A program made the translations under genes and the position numbers. The notes beneath the pieces were generated by a model. It made no database searches, had not been told where the DNA came from, and saw nothing but the letters and a program-made list of their open reading frames with translations. A DNA stretch of 47,245 nucleotides from an uncultured Planctomycetaceae bacterium (lineage in GTDB: Bacteria; Planctomycetota; Planctomycetia; Planctomycetales; Planctomycetaceae): the NCBI GenBank assembly GCA_964531585.1, contig CAZHET010000001.1, forward strand, positions 1 through 47,245, given 5' to 3'. Below are positions 45,957 to 47,245 of this stretch, piece by piece. Numbering within the stretch: the first letter of the stretch is position 1; each line of letters starts with the position of its first letter.

Positions 45957-46619
45957 ATGGCAACGTCGATCATTGAACTGGCCGAACCGTTCTTCCTGAA
46001 GGTTCTGGGCATCATCAATCAGCCGACACCCGCTCATTCCGGCAGCCTGCCGTCGTTGCAAAAACAGCTGTCTGCAGACCTGCAGGGTATCGAACAGAAA
46101 GTCAGCAGCGGTTCCGCCGGAATCAATCACGCGGAATGGCAGTCCCTGAAGAAGTCAATGATCTACTGGGCGGATGAAGTGCTGACCAGGCACATCGAAG
46201 ACTGGGAAAACTTCGTTCTGGAGCATGAGTACTACGCCGAAAGGAACCGCGCGTGGAAGTTCTACGTGGAAGGCGAGCAATGCACGACCACGGGCAGCGC
46301 GGAGGCGGCCGAGTTGTTTTATCTGGCACTGGTGCTGGGGTTCGTCGGGGACCTGAATGACGCCTTCAAGAACATGCTGAAGACAGACCTGCCAGGCAAC
46401 CGAAAGGACGTCGCCGAAGCTCGCAAGCACTGGGCCGCTCAGTTGCAGAGACGAATTCGGCACGAGAATGCCGGCGAGATTCAGGGGGAACCGCTGGAGG
46501 GCGATGTCGAACCGATGGGCGGGCGAAGGACTCTGGACATCGCCATGACCGTGTTCTCTCTGGTCGCGCTGGTGTTTCTGATCCTGCTGGGCTGGATGCT
46601 GAAGGGCGGCGCGTCTTAG
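45957..46619 (+). CDS. tssL: DotU/TssL/ImpK-like membrane-anchored protein
   Basis: A cytoplasmic helical domain carries ...MIYWADEVL...W...AELFYLALVLGFVGDL (the DotU-type 'LE.fYlcLsLGF.G.y' motif). There is one C-terminal TM helix (IAMTVFSLVALVFLILLGWML). The gene sits directly downstream of the TssK-like gene. Confidence 0.7.
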   Translation: MATSIIELAEPFFLKVLGIINQPTPAHSGSLPSLQKQLSADLQGIEQKVSSGSAGINHAEWQSLKKSMIYWADEVLTRHIEDWENFVLEHEYYAERNRAWKFYVEGEQCTTTGSAEAAELFYLALVLGFVGDLNDAFKNMLKTDLPGNRKDVAEARKHWAAQLQRRIRHENAGEIQGEPLEGDVEPMGGRRTLDIAMTVFSLVALVFLILLGWMLKGGAS

Positions 46620-46852
46620 GCGAGTACCGGATTGGAACTCCCCGACGAATGCTGGCTGCATTGACCACGTGGCGGATGCGGCCACCGTCCGCGTCGGTAA
46701 ATGCTCACCTGCCGCTTGCCTGAACAATCGGGCGAGCGCGAGTTCTGCACCCGGATCTTCAGCCCCGCCAGACTGATTTCCCGCTGAACGCACCCCACGG
46801 ATTTCGTTGCATCGGGCAGCTGTGGTGCCAAATGGCAGAACGGCAACGAAAC

Positions 46853-46891
46853 AGGCCCGGCATCCATTGGACGCCGGGCCTGAAGATTTTT
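46853..46891 (+). terminator. Putative intrinsic (possibly bidirectional) terminator between convergent genes
   Basis: A 9-bp GC-rich stem, aggcccggc (46853..46861) / gccgggcct (46873..46881), encloses an 11-nt loop. It is followed by gaagaTTTTT on the + strand and by gTTTcgTTg on the - strand. It lies 22 nt from the stop of the YHS-like gene. Confidence 0.5.
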
Positions 46892-46912
46892 GCAGTCGTT
46901 GCCGGAGTCGGC

Positions 46913-47245
46913 TTACTTTGCAGAGGCAACCTGGCTGCCGGAACCCGGTGCGTATCGTTCCGGGTCAGCCTGAAATTCGCTCAGGTTTTCTTTCGTGCTG
47001 AACATGTACAGACGGTTGCCGTGGCTGACCAGGTAGCGGCCTTCCATTGCCTGATGTGTCTTGACGAAGTGAACCGGATCACAGCCACCGAACGCGACTG
47101 CATACGATTCCGGATTCGAGTCAAACAGCGTCTTGCACTCCGCGTTGGCAAAGGTATAGATCCGACCTTTGTACACGGACTGGAAGCTGCTTGTGCCCTG
47201 CACCTGTCGTCCGTTCTTCAGTGACACGATGCACAGGTTGTTCAG
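46913..47245 (-). CDS. YHS-like domain protein (two YHS-like repeats); the 5' end probably lies beyond the window
   Basis: Two repeats follow the pattern ...YKGRIYTFANAECKTLFDSNPESYA and ...HGNRLYMFSTKENLSEFQADPERYA. The frame stays open to nt 47245 (upstream residues LNNLCIV...), so the listed GTG start at 47227 may be internal. Confidence 0.5.
   Translation of the reverse strand: MNNLCIVSLKNGRQVQGTSSFQSVYKGRIYTFANAECKTLFDSNPESYAVAFGGCDPVHFVKTHQAMEGRYLVSHGNRLYMFSTKENLSEFQADPERYAPGSGSQVASAK

Overview
This is a GC-rich bacterial chromosomal segment. I recognise about 34 protein genes and no rRNA, tRNA, CRISPR array, transposase, integrase or phage genes. The gene content points to Planctomycetota; this is an inference, not a database result. 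The supporting genes are PSCyt1 and PSCyt2/PSD (DUF1549/DUF1553) 'planctomycete cytochrome' proteins, a tandem DUF1080 protein, three Hanks-type Ser/Thr kinases and an ECF sigma factor with a long region 2-4 linker.

Most of the window is ordinary core metabolism, repair and signalling:
- Metabolism: aroC (5'-truncated), argG, a Glu/Leu/Phe/Val-type dehydrogenase, proA, an ALDH7-type semialdehyde dehydrogenase, a UbiD-family decarboxylase, an LpxL-like acyltransferase, larB and a Zn-ADH.
- DNA repair: vsr and sbcDC.
- Signalling: the three kinases, a tandem USP, a stand-alone cNMP-binding protein and the ECF sigma factor.

The items most worth a second look are:
1. An isolated tssK-tssL(DotU)-like gene pair with no other T6SS core gene in the window.
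2. A three-gene, same-strand block of secreted proteins: an Ig/PSCyt/PSD protein, a PPC-like protein with a long coiled coil, and a CXXCH WD40 protein split by a coiled coil.
3. A perfect 29-bp inverted repeat in an intergenic gap.
4. A dispersed family of TTCCCGC-N4-GCGGGAA palindromes at two 3'-end loci.
5. An HDOD-kinase fusion.
6. An M24-fold protein that appears to lack metal ligands, next to a kinase.
7. An orphan vsr downstream of larB.
8. A secreted Tyr/Gly/Ala-rich protein with a dense Cys cluster.

All homology calls come from motif recognition by eye and need HMM or BLAST confirmation.
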